Position numbers and translations under genes: made by a program. A DNA stretch of 64,000 nt. Origin: Octopus sinensis. Lineage: Eukaryota. Positions 12,058 through 24,800 of this stretch are shown piece by piece. How positions within the stretch are numbered: position 1 is the first letter of the stretch; each line of letters starts with the position of its first letter. The stretch covers positions 6,510,001-6,574,000 of the forward strand of contig NC_043004.1 in NCBI RefSeq assembly GCF_006345805.1, in the 5' to 3' direction. Under the pieces are notes generated by a model. It was not told the DNA's origin, searched no databases, and saw only the letters and a list, made by a program, of their open reading frames with translations.

Positions 12058-12330
12058 AGCAGTGGTGGAGCGATAGAGTGGTTGTATACTGTCAACATAA
12101 CGTGACAGCCCCGTAAAGGGAATTACACCACCGCTTTATAGCCCTAGGAAGCATCGACGCTTCCTGTCGGCTTTGACACATTTCCTGTGTCCTTATATTT
12201 GCGAAGGGGAGGCAAGCACCCCCACCAGCTAGGACTAGCAACCTGAAGACATGCATGTTTCTGGGTCTTGCCCGTCATCAGTTCAGGGTAGCAAGTCCTG
12301 CTAGTTGAGATACCTGCCAAGCCTTCGCAA
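12058..12330 (-). mobile_element. GC-richer structured insert carrying the hammerhead (Penelope terminal repeat or retrozyme-like)
   Basis: Abrupt GC-richer island in AT-rich UTR-like sequence. Inverted repeat 12199-12207/12322-12330 closes a long stem around the ribozyme; further hairpins at 12146-12165 and 12175-12191. No TSD seen. Confidence 0.5.
12242..12287 (-). ncRNA. Type I minimal hammerhead ribozyme (Penelope/retrozyme-like)
   Basis: Minus strand: CCUGAA-CUGAUGA-CGGG CAAGA CCCA-GAAAC AUGCAU GUC-UUCAGG. Core intact, 6-bp stem I, palindromic stem III, GUC cleavage triplet, C-A mismatch at the base of stem II. Confidence 0.75.
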
Positions 12331-13541
12331 TTTTAATTTTGTGGAGTTGAAATTTCTTATTTAACATCCCTGAAAATTATTCACTCTTAAACTAAAATAA
12401 AGTAAGCATTTAAAACGGGAAAATATTTGCATCGTTTATAACTAATAATACTCTGAGAAGTTTCATTTTATAATAATATGGGCACATTTACTGAAATTAA
12501 AAGTTGAGCAAGACTTAATGACTCTTGTTATATTCTTTTCAAGAAAAAACAAATCTGGAAATGTAAAATCAGACTAAATTACTCACAAGTTAAATTTATA
12601 GATAGCTTAAAAGTTTCCAAGATAATCAAGAGGATTTGTTATAAAATTGTTTCCATTTCTTGAGCGATTAAATTTCATCTTCCAATAATTTACAAATATT
12701 CCAACAAGAATTCATTAATCTAATTTAACTTTGAAAATTAAATTGCAACTAAAATCTCATCCCATTTGAAAGGCTTCAATTGTCCAAGTTGTGGCAACAA
12801 TTTGCTTTTAGATATAAATTTCATGAACTAAATAAACATGAAAATTTACTAGAAAAGCTCTAATTGATTTCATTGATAAATAGCTTTTACTAAAAAAATT
12901 ATTTACATTAAAAATATATATATAAAGATGAATGATAATGGTGTGAAAAGTTTGAATTTAAAAAAATTATGGTTCTATTCATTTGTTTGATGAAAACTTT
13001 GTAAAGATACTAGAAAAATATTCAAGAAATATTCAGAGAAAAACCACATTTGTTCTGAAAATAAATAATGTGATTCCAGAATTATAAGAATAAAAAGCCA
13101 TACCTCTTCAACATTGATTCATATCACAAAATAATTAAATTCCAGCCAACCCACAGAAAGGGAGGTTCTACTGACTGTTCACCTGACATAGATTTAGTTA
13201 AGTTAAAAAATATATGAAGCTCTAATAGTTAAATAGATGGTGAGTCTCCATCAAACATGTATTTAACTAAATATAAGATCATACATTGATAGTAAAATTT
13301 TCATTTCTAACCGACAACATGATAAAATGAAAGAAACAAAAATTTTTTACAATTCAATGAAGAACATAATTGAATTTCCAAATAGATGATTCTTTTGATT
13401 CTTTGCTAACGCAATACTAACATTCCACACAGCACTTATGTAATAATGACGCAGTAATACTTTTTCCAATAAGTCGTTTTATATCTTTCAGCAAACACTC
13501 AAACACACACAAAAATGAATATTTTAGTGAATCTGTAATAT

Positions 13542-15131
13542 CTAAAAGTTTAACTGCCGTAAACCACTTCGATGAGTTCTTTCTCCAGCCCATGACTTAG
13601 ATTTTCCTCTGAAGTGTTTCAAATCACTGGAATGATCACTGTGTAACATTGGCTTGTAGGTTTGAGGTTCACAAAATTCCTGCAACATAAGAAATAACTT
13701 ATTAACTACAATTTAGAATTAGCAGCATTAAAAACTACTTAATATATATATATAGCACTTACATAGCATTACATTCCAACTTGGGTCTTCTGGATACCAA
13801 TACCTCTCATATATCATCAGTATCGTTTAACATCCGCTTTCCATGCTAGCATGGGTTGTCCTCAGTTAAATCGTCCAAAGCGGACGTTAAACAATGATGA
13901 TATATGAGAGGTATTTGTATCCAGAAGACCGAAGTTGGAAGGTAATGCTATGTAAGTGCTATGGAAGGACCATAGTTAAGCTATCAGTTCGATTATGATA
14001 TGAGTGAGGAGTAATGTGGATCTTGTATGAGCATGTTAAATATATTGAGACAACAAAGCAAAAGTTGTGTGGAATTTTCAAGACATTTGTAAAGAGAAAG
14101 TCTTACAGCTGTTTCTGGGATATCCCTTCATCAGAGACGATGTGAGATGGTTAAATAGAAAGAAATATTTGAGTTCAATATAAGGAGTTATTTTGGAAAA
14201 GGAAGGAAATAAGGAGTATATAGGGAAATAGGAGAATGGATGTAGAAAAAAAGAAAAAATTAAAATATATAAAGATGTTATAGTTGCAGTTCCATTATCC
14301 AAGGAAAGTGGTGTGTAGAAGAGGTAGAAATGCTTCTTGTCTGTGGGATGTAAATTCCAATAGGAGTTCATATTTTGTCGTTACAAATGGAAAGTGTAGA
14401 GATGAAAATTCCATGTACTGTTCATTCAAAGGGGTCTTGTGGTGTGAATGAAAATTTGAGAATGTAGTGGTAGTATTTAGTGGATAGAGAGGGGAGAATC
14501 ATCATCATCATCGTTTAACATCCGTTTTCCATGCTAACATGGGTTGGACGTATGACAGAGGGCCAGCAAACTAGTTGGCTACACCAGGCTTCAATCTTGA
14601 TCTGGCAAAGTTTCTACAGCTGGATGCCCTTCCTAACGCCAACCACTCCGAGAGTGTAGTAGGTGGTTTTACGTGCCACTGGCACGGAGGCCAGAGAGCC
14701 GCTCTGGCAACGATCATGTTAAAATGAAGAGAGAGGTCAAAAGGAAAAGGTGAGAAAAGAAGGAAAGAAAGACGAAGAGAAAATGAAAACTAGAAAATAA
14801 GACAAAATATTAAAGGAGTGTTTGTTGGTGATCAAGATAATATGAGGGGGAGACGAGAGAAGAGTAGGGGAGGGGTAGGAAGAGATAACAATGTAAGTAA
14901 TGAATATGATGAGGTGGGGGTGATGATATGTTAGAATGGTATTAAGGGATGGGTACAGAAAAAGGTATAGGGGTGGTTCTAAACCACAAAACAGAAGGGA
15001 AGAATACTAAGAATGGTCAAGTTTCTATACATAGACTTATGTCTATTGTACTGGCTAATGTGATAGTGTGGGTAGAGGAATCAGAAAGAAAGAAGTGTAC
15101 ATTGATATACGCACACATGCACAAACATGTT

Positions 15132-15164
<33 letters not shown>

Positions 15165-18100
15165 ACTATTACATTGTTTTGAATTGAAACTGAACTTATG
15201 GTATGAAGGCAAAGTTATTCTGACATACCTTTTATCTGTTATTTGTTTTAGCCATAGGACTGGCCATTCTAGAGCACTGCTTTGAAGGACCAAGATACCC
15301 CCCCAGTACTTATTCTATCAGTCTTTCTTGCTAAGCTGCTAAGTTACAGGATAGAAACAAACCAACACGAATTGAGGACCAAGTGAGAGAGACAAACACA
15401 GACATGCAAACATGTAAGTGATGGGCTTCTGCATTGTTTCCACCTACCAAATTCCTTCACAAAGCTTTGGTTAGTTTGGGGCTATGGAAGACATTCAACC
15501 AAGGTGTCATGCAGTGGGACTGAACCTGTAACCATGTGGTCAAGATGCAAATTTCTTAACCACACAGCCACAAAACTTAAACTTGAAATTTAAAAAAAAA
15601 GGGTAACTTACAAGTAAACATAAGAATCTATTATGAAGTGAAATACAAAATTAAATTTTAAACATTTTAACTCTGGCATTTAGCAACGTATCTACCAAAA
15701 TCTGGTATGATTCCATTTCTTCTTGAAACACTTAACCTTCTAAGCTTTTGTCTTTAATCACAGTAATTTCTGATTTAGGGTACATGGCCAGCATTTTTTG
15801 AAAGAATGGGTACTTGATTGATAGTGTACATTATTGACTCTGAAAGAATGAGCCGACCTCAATGAGATTTGAACTCAGAACAAAGAACCAGAAGAAATAC
15901 TTTAATGGACTTTTCTATGTGATGCTCTAACATTTCTGCCAACCCATTGCCCATAAAAAGAAACATAGAAACAATTACCATGCATTTCTCGAAGAAAGCT
16001 TTGTAACCACCATCAAGAATATAAATTTCGGGGTAATACAGATAAGGATAACAGCTTTCATTTGCATTTCGGTCTCTGCTTCTTAGGAATTTTGCTCTGA
16101 AATTTTAGAAGTGAAAATATTAGAAACTTTAGGAAAAAGGCTGATTTACAAACACAACACATGGTATTGCAATTTAATCCTTTAACATAAACCTGACAGG
16201 TCCAGCCTAAATATTCTACCATGTTTTATGTTCAAACCATTTGGATCTGGTCTCTTACTCCTATCCTACAATATCCTAAAAATAAATAATCTCACCATTG
16301 AATTCTCAAAGCTATAATGTAAATAAATTAGCATTACATTTGACAGAGTAACCTGAATACTAAAGAATTAATCCTCAACCATTCTCATAACATTCATGAA
16401 ACTCAAACCTCGGTAAAGCTTCTACCATCATGTATTATTTTTTCTTTTTCATCATCCCTACTTTTCCCAGTAGAGAACATACTCAAGCTGTGTCATTTGC
16501 TAGGATCACTGTTTTAATGTTGATGAATACAAGCAGTACATCTATATGAAAAATGCACTGCCTTACAGCAGTCAAAAAACACAAGCAATAGTCAGTGCAT
16601 TTGGGGTAGCTGAGCACACTGGGTGGTGGCTGGGGTGTGTTTTTGTAGCACAAAGAGAATCTTTGATTGTTAACCTTGTTATCACAGATCAATCCATGCT
16701 AAGTGTAATATGGTTTGCAATTAAGCATACCATGTTATCCTAGGTCAATGATAAACAAAGCCACATATATTCAAATATAAACATAACACAAAATGGCTCT
16801 GAATTACATGTTAGCATAAAACTAGAAGCATCCTGAAGCAGGTTGATATGGAAAGCATAAATACTGAGATTCTGAATTATTAACACAAATTAAAACCAAC
16901 TATCTATAGCAGCTATTTAACAGCTCATCATCATCACTTTTCTAATATCTGAAAAATAAAGCTGTCTCTCAGCAAGACAAATTAAATACTCATGGCACCC
17001 AATATCAGAAGAGTGAAAGACTCGGGCAGAATATAAACCCAAACCCAAAACAGCAAAATTACATTAACCCTTTAGCATTCAAATTACTCTGACAAATGTA
17101 CGGATTATTTGTTTAGTTTTGAATTAATCATACATTATCTCAGCTTTAAAATTTCAATGATGTGATTATTTTTACAGTAACACAGAATAGTAGGCATGAA
17201 AGGCTGGCACTAGCTGGTTTGAACATATAAGGTAAGGGTAAAGACCCCCTTCGATCATGAACAATCATAGGATTGCACCTACAAAGTTCCCATCTGAGGC
17301 ACAAGTCTGGGCATGGTTGTTTTGTAGAAGACCAGCAGTCGCCCTTCTCCACACCACTGATGTTATCTAAGGGAAAGGCAAAGGCTGATACAGCTTGGCA
17401 CCAGTGATGTTACAATTCATTTCTACAGCTGAGTGAACTGGAGTAACATGAAATAAAGTGTCTTGCTTAAAAGAACACAATGCACAGGCCGATCTGGGAA
17501 TGGAACTCACAACCTCATGATTATAAGCCCAGCCATGCACCTTCAATGAACATGTAATTGTTAGAATATTTGGGCCAGATATGGCTGCTTTAAAAGCTAG
17601 AGGACTAACACATTCAGTGCTAACATACTGCTCCAGTCATCTCAACATTCTACAAAATTTAAACAAAGAAAGAAACCAGTCCTACAAAATTTAAAATAAA
17701 AGCACAATTACTTACAACTTTGGTGCTCTTTCAGAAGAAAATTCGCAATGGAATACAACAATATCTCTTTTTGCAGAATCACTCATTTTTGGAGGATTTT
17801 CTAAAAATTTCTTATAAATGCTGTTTTCATCATAAAGATTTTCTGCTTTCTGAAACAAAGATTTCAATATTGAAATATTTCACATGGAACATACTAAAAT
17901 CTCGCTAATATTTAAATATTTCACAATGAAACATACTCAAATTTAGTCGGAAGGGAAAGAAACAATGTGCATCCTCTTCCGATTCCATAATCAAATTAGA
18001 AGATAAGCAGATCAGAAGTTTGGAAGAAGAAAATGGTAGGTTATATTGACCCAAGTGTGTAGCTGAGTGGTAAGAAATTTGCTTCCCAGCCACATGGATT

Positions 18101-18840
18101 CTGGTTCAGTCCTACTGCATGGCACCTTAGGTAAGTGTCTTTAACTACAGCACTGGGCCAATGAAAGCCTTGTGAATGGTTTTGGTGAAGAGAAACTAAA
18201 AGAAACCTGTTGTATGCATGTTATTATCCCCTTGCCTTGAAATAGCCTGATTGCTGTAAACAAGTGCCATTGTCATCCAAGTGGTGTCTATCATTTCCAA
18301 CCTTCCATGTAAAAATGTCTCATCATGGTGGGAAATATTATAAACAGGCAAGGGTTTAGCATTTAAATTACTCTGTCAAATGTATGGACTATTTGTTTAC
18401 AGCTTTTAATTAATCATAGATTATCTCAGCTTTGAGATTTCAAATGAGGTGATTATTTTTACAGTAACACAGAATGGTAGGTGTAGAGAATCTGTTTCAG
18501 CAAATTTCATCTGACCCATGCGAGCATGAAAAGTTGACGTTAAAAATGATACTGATGTAGGACTTGTATTTTATTTTACCAACCCCAGAAGAATGAATGG
18601 CAAAGTAGGCCTTGGTAAAATTTGAACACAGATACAAAATGACAACTACTAAATTCCGCAAGGTATTTTATCAAATGCTCTATAATTCACAACCATTACA
18701 GGCACCAAGATCTGAAATAAGACTGTGTCATATATATATATATATATATATATACAATTAAGGGCTCTTAAATTAAGATGCCGAGTGCTGGGAACACAAA
18801 AAGGGGATGAATTTATCGAGAGTGAAAAACAAAAACGTTT

Positions 18841-18890
<50 letters not shown>

Positions 18891-21800
18891 GATGATGATG
18901 ATGATATATATATATATATGAAGGCAATGACCGAGACCTTTGGCATTATGTCATGCTTGGGAAGAAGACCCATCAAGCCGAGCAAAATCGTAGTTGTGGC
19001 AGATACTGGTGTCACGCAAATTGACACCCATGCCGGTGGTACGTAAAAAAAGGCGAAATAATCCAACAGCAGGAAGGAAATTTGTTAGCGACCAAATACA
19101 GAGATAAGAGGCAGATAAATTTTCTATCTACCAATGCACAACCATGTGTAGAGGGAAATGGCACCCTGTTTGTGAACCTCGTTTATAACAGGTACATGGG
19201 CAGTGTGGATCAGCTGAACCAAATGATGGGTTATATTATCCAGTTGGTAGACCAGGTAATAAATGGAGATATTTGGTTTGATATATAGTGAACATGAGCA
19301 TTGTAGATGCATTTATATTATGTACCAAATCAGGAGGGACTCGCAAATGGTGTGACCATCTAAATCAGGAGAGGCTCGCAAACGGTGTGACCATCTGCAG
19401 TTCCAAGCAGATGTAGCAAAGCAGTCGAGGGCAGATTATTCCTCCAGAAAAATGACTGCAGGAAGGAAAAGCAAAACCTGCCAGAGAGATATCCCTCTGA
19501 GTTCAGCCGATCTCCATAAATCAGAAAAGAATCAGGGGTTGCAAAATGCAGTGTCGTTAACGACTACATCTACAAAGAAAAACTCCCAATGGACAGCCAG
19601 TTGAAACTTCTTTCTGATTTGCATTCTGCAAGGTTGCAATATGTAAGTTTCCATGATAGAAATATTGTGTGAATATCATATATATGATTAGATTGTATAC
19701 TTTTCAAATTTACTTCACTTTTATTTTTTATTTACTTGTAATTTTAATTTGCCTGTAAGGTGAGTGACAAGCTTTAATTTGATTTCTATTGTAAATCTTT
19801 ATTATATATGTTCTTGTGTATTCACGTATATGTGTGAGTTGATGTATTTAATTTTCTAGTTTTCTTCAAAAACAAATTCCAATGTTTCAGTTTATTTTAC
19901 CTTTATGGTACACCTGTTCTTCTATGTATTAAATTCAACTGATAATCTAGTGATGTGCACAACTCTTCTTTATTTAAATTTTGTTGTATACCTAATTGAA
20001 TATTAGCTGATGACTCATTTTCTATGGTGATGTTTAAGCAAAATTTAGATATTTTTTATATTTTGCTCAATTTACCTGTATTTATCTATAATTAGAGTTG
20101 CTTTGAGACAAAAGTTATGCAATAGAATTGATTAAGAACCCTTTCTTCAATTATGTTCCAAATATCACGTTAATGTTGATAAATAAAAAAGTTACAGTTG
20201 TTTAATGAAACTAGTCTACATTCATGATTATTTTGGAATTTAATTGAAATTCACGAGGTGTATTTTGGTCAGAAATATTGTAATGAAAGGGTTAAGGCAG
20301 TGCCCCAGCATAGCCACAGTCTAATGGCTCCAAACAAGTAAATCAGATGTGCCACCCAAATACCTTAAGTCACAGAACTGAACACAGATCTTGAAAAGTA
20401 AAACTTACCTTAATATGTCCACCTTCAAATTCATACGGATAGCGACAATCTATTATGGAGTAAGAATTTATTTCATTATCATAGTGCCCGTGTAATAATT
20501 CTTTTACCTGTCAGCAAAAATAAAAAGGAGAGAAGTGTTTGACTAGAAACCATTGAACTCAACCATCTAAAAATGAAAATAGCATGCCATTTGTAAATTT
20601 TTCCAACAATGAGGAGGAAACCAGGTTGCTAGAGTTCTGCGGTGCAAATTAACTTATGGCTTGTAATACTAACATCAGGAAACCTGTCAGTCCCCTATTC
20701 ACCTACTGGTCTGGTGGACACACTAGTCAAATTGACTACGTCCTTGCCAAGAAATGGGAAACATGGCTACTTATAAATGCTAAAACCTTCCAAAGTGAAG
20801 AATACACCCCACAACATAGATTAGTTGTTAGCAACTTCAGGATCAGAAGACAACCAGCATGGAAAAGAAGGGTCTGGAAGCTTAAGGATCCTGTGAAAGG
20901 ACAGATTTAGTAACGTATTACTCAAAGCTTTTGACAAAATAGAGGAGGATATAGCATCGCATGATGTGGAAGACAACTGGAGGTTCCTATGAGACAACCT
21001 GTTGAGAGTTGCTGACCAGATTTGTGGATGGTGCAAAGTCCCCTCTTGACCCAAGGTAATGTGGTGATGGAACAATGTAGTTGTCAGGGCCATTAGGAAA
21101 AAGAAACAGGCCTGGAAGAACAGTGGTAGCAGAGAATTGTATCAGATTGCCAGAAGGGAAGCTAGGAAACAGGTTTACTTAGCCAGAAGGGAAGCAGATA
21201 AAGAAAAATTTGCCAATGTTCTGCATTGTGAGGACCAAAGACTTGAAGTGTTTCATGTTGCAAGACAGTGTGCGAGAGAGAATCGTGATGTTGTAGGAGA
21301 GAAATGTGTCCACATGGATGATGGCTCGCTTACATTTAATGAGGCTGCAAAGCAAGCAACTTGGAGATGCCACTATGAAAGGTTGCTAAATGAAGAAAAT
21401 CTGCCAAATGTCGACTCAACAGAGGAACCAGCTATCTGAATTGACAGATAAAGCAGTTCAGGGTATGAAGACAGGGAAAGCTCTCGGCCCATCAAAAATC
21501 ACCGCAAAGATGCTTAAAATACTTAGTGTTATCTAGAGCCTAGTCACTCGTATAGTCAATCAGGTGATACATGAAGGAGTCATACGCAATAACTGGTGTA
21601 GCAGGACCATAGTCAACTGCTACAAAGGTAAAGGTGATGCATTAAATACAAATAATTACAAAGGTATCAAGTTGTTGGATCAGGTAACGAAAGTCATGGA
21701 GAGGGTCATAGCCCAACTAATTATGGAAAGAGTTTAGACGAAATGCAGTTTGGGTTCGTGCCAAGGAAAAGCACCACTGCTGCTACATTTCTGGTAAGAC

Positions 21801-24800
21801 AACTGCAGAAGAAATACCTAGCTAAAGATAAACCTTTGTACCTGGCTTTCAGTTATGAAATTACATGACTAAATCCAGAAGCCATTTAATCCAGGATACC
21901 AAATATAAAGTTTTAAGATATATAAAATGGACATTTTTATACATGCGAAATATATTTTACAAGAGTTAATCACTGCAATTCTTGCTTTAATTTTTCACCA
22001 CCTTCATTTTAATTTCCATTTTCCCATGCTCACATGGAGTGGACAGAGCGGACGGTTACCACCCGTTGCTAACCGTCACCTGTTCCCAAGTAATGTAATA
22101 TTTCCTCATAATCAGGCATGTTTTCACAAAAGGGTGGAAACAAAGGGACATCATTTGTATGACAATGATACTTGTTTACAACTATAACATGAAGTCAAGG
22201 CGAAGGGACAGTCACACACACCCGCACAAAAACATACGTTGAAGTAATTGAAGTAATTGAGGTAATCAGAGTATGCGACAGAATACTTAAGATTAGATTA
22301 GCGCTTCATCATAGTTTAGCAACTATTATATCAGCCTATGCTCCTCAGTCGGGGCTACCTGATGGACAGAAAGACCGATTCTATGACACTCTACTGCAGA
22401 CTACCTCGTTGACGAACGACAGAGACCTTCTCTTTGTGGCTGGTGACTTCAATGGTCACGTTGGACGACATGCTGGAGGCTTCCACGGCGTACATGGAGG
22501 CTATGGCTCTGGTTCCCGCAACGAGGAGGGAACCAGGCTGCTGGAGTTCTGCGATGCAAATAATCTTATGATTTGCAACACTAACTTCAGGAAACCTACC
22601 AGCCACCTAGTCACCTACCGATCGGGCCAACATACCAGCCAAATTGACTACATCCTTGCCAGGCAAAGGGAGAGAAGGCTACTTATAAACGCCAAAACCT
22701 TCCCAGGCGAAGAATGCACCCCACAACATAGACTGGTAGTTAGTGACTTTAGGATCAGGAGTAGGAGGACAACCAGAAGACGACCAACATGGAGAAGAAG
22801 GATCTGGAAGCTTAAGGATCCTGTGAATGGACAGAGATTTAGAGACATGTTACTTGAAGCCTTTGACGAAGTAGAAGGGGATAGTGTATCACATGGGGTA
22901 GAGGACAACTGGACGTTTCTAAGGGACAACCTGCTGAGAGCCACTGACCAGATCTGTGGCTGGTGCAAAGTCCCCTCTCGTCCCAAGGTAACGTGGTGGT
23001 GGAACAGTGTCGTAGACAGGGCTATTAGAGAAAAGAGACAGACTTGGAAGCACTGGAAGAATGGTGGTAGCAGGGAATTGTATCAGACTGCTAAAAGGGA
23101 AGCTAGGAGACAGGTCTATCTAGCCAGAGGGGAAGCAGATAAGAAAAAATTTGCCAATGTTCTGCGCCGTGAGGACCAAAGACTGGAGGTGTTTCGCGTT
23201 GCAAGACAGTGTGTGAGAGAGAATTGTGATGTGGTGGGAGAGAAGTGTGTTCGCATGGAAGATGGTTCACTTGCGCTAAACGAGGATGCAAAGAGAGAGG
23301 CTTGGAGATGCCACTATGAAAGGTTGCTGAATAAAGAAAATGAATGGGATAAAGAGAGTCTGCCGAACGTTGACCCAACAGAGGGACCAGCTATCAGGGT
23401 TGATAGTTCCTTAGTAGCTAAGGCAATTAGAAGCATGAAGACAGGGAAAGCCCCAGGCCATCAGGTATCACTGCAGAGATGCTCAAAATATCTGGTAGTG
23501 TCGGCTATAGCCTAGTCACCTGTATAGTTAATCAGGTGATACATGAAGGAGTCATACCCAATGACTGGTGTGCAGCATAATAGTCAACTGCTACAAAGGT
23601 AAAGGTGATGCCCTAGATACAAATAATTACAGAGGTATCAAGCTGTTGGATCAGGTGATGAAGGTTACAGAGAGGGTCATAAGCCAACTAATTAGAGAGA
23701 GAGTTAGTTTAGATGAGATGCAGTTTGGTTTCGTGCCAGGGAAAAGTACCACTGATGCTATATTCCTGGTAAGGCAGCTGCAGGAGAAATACCTAGCCAA
23801 AGATAAGGCCCTGTACCTGGCTTTTGTTGACATGGAGAAAGCTTTCGACAGGGTCCCCCGATCCCTCATATGGTGGTCAATGAGGAAACTAGGAATAGAA
23901 GAATGGTTAGTGAGAGCTGTGCAAGCCATGTACAGGGACGCTGCTAGTAAAGTGAGGGTTGGAAATGAGTACAGTGAAGAATTCCGGGTAGAGGTAGGGG
24001 TCCACCAAGGCTCAGTCCTCAGCCCCCTCCTATTTATCATAGTCCTCCAGGCAATAACGGAGGAATTCAAGACAGCTCCTCTATGCTGATGACCTTGCTC
24101 TAATTGCTGAGTCATTATCAGAACTGGAGAAGAAGTTTCAGGTGTGGAAGCATGGTTTAGAATCGAAGGGCCTTAGAGTCAACCTAGCTAAAACCAAAGT
24201 CATAATAAGTAGGAAGGTAGACAAATCACAAACGCCTTCAGGTAGATGGCCCTGCTCGATCTGTAGAAAAGGTGTAGGTAGAAACTCTATAAGATGCACC
24301 AAGTGTAAGCTATGGACACATAAGAGGTGCAGCAATGTCATAGGAAGGCTAACTAGGAAGATGGTTTTTGTATGTGGCAGATGCTCGGGAGCATTAACCT
24401 CTGAAAATCTGCAGAAAACAACTTCCGTCACTTTCCAGGGGAAAAAACTAGAAGTAGTTGATAGCTTCCGTTATCTTGGTGACCAAGTAAGTAGTGGGGT
24501 GGGTGTGCTGAAAGTGTAACGGCTAGAGTAAGAATAGCCTGGGCAAAGTTTAGGGAGCTCTTACCTCTGTTGGTGACTAAAGGCCTCTCGCTCAGAGTAA
24601 AAGGCAGACTGTATGATGCATGTGTACGAACAGCCATGCTACATGGCAGTGAAACATGGGCCGTGACTGCTGAGGACATGCGTAAGCTCGCGAGAAATGA
24701 AGCTAGTATGCTCCGTTGGATGTGTAATGTCAGTGTTCATAGTCGACAGAGTGTAAGTACCTTGAGAGAAAAGTTGGACCTAAGAGGAATCAGATGTTGT

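Noticed and set aside
13104-13182. Exon-like AG...GT segment in the Cdc25 3' UTR
   Set aside because: Stops in all frames and no partner splice sites identified.
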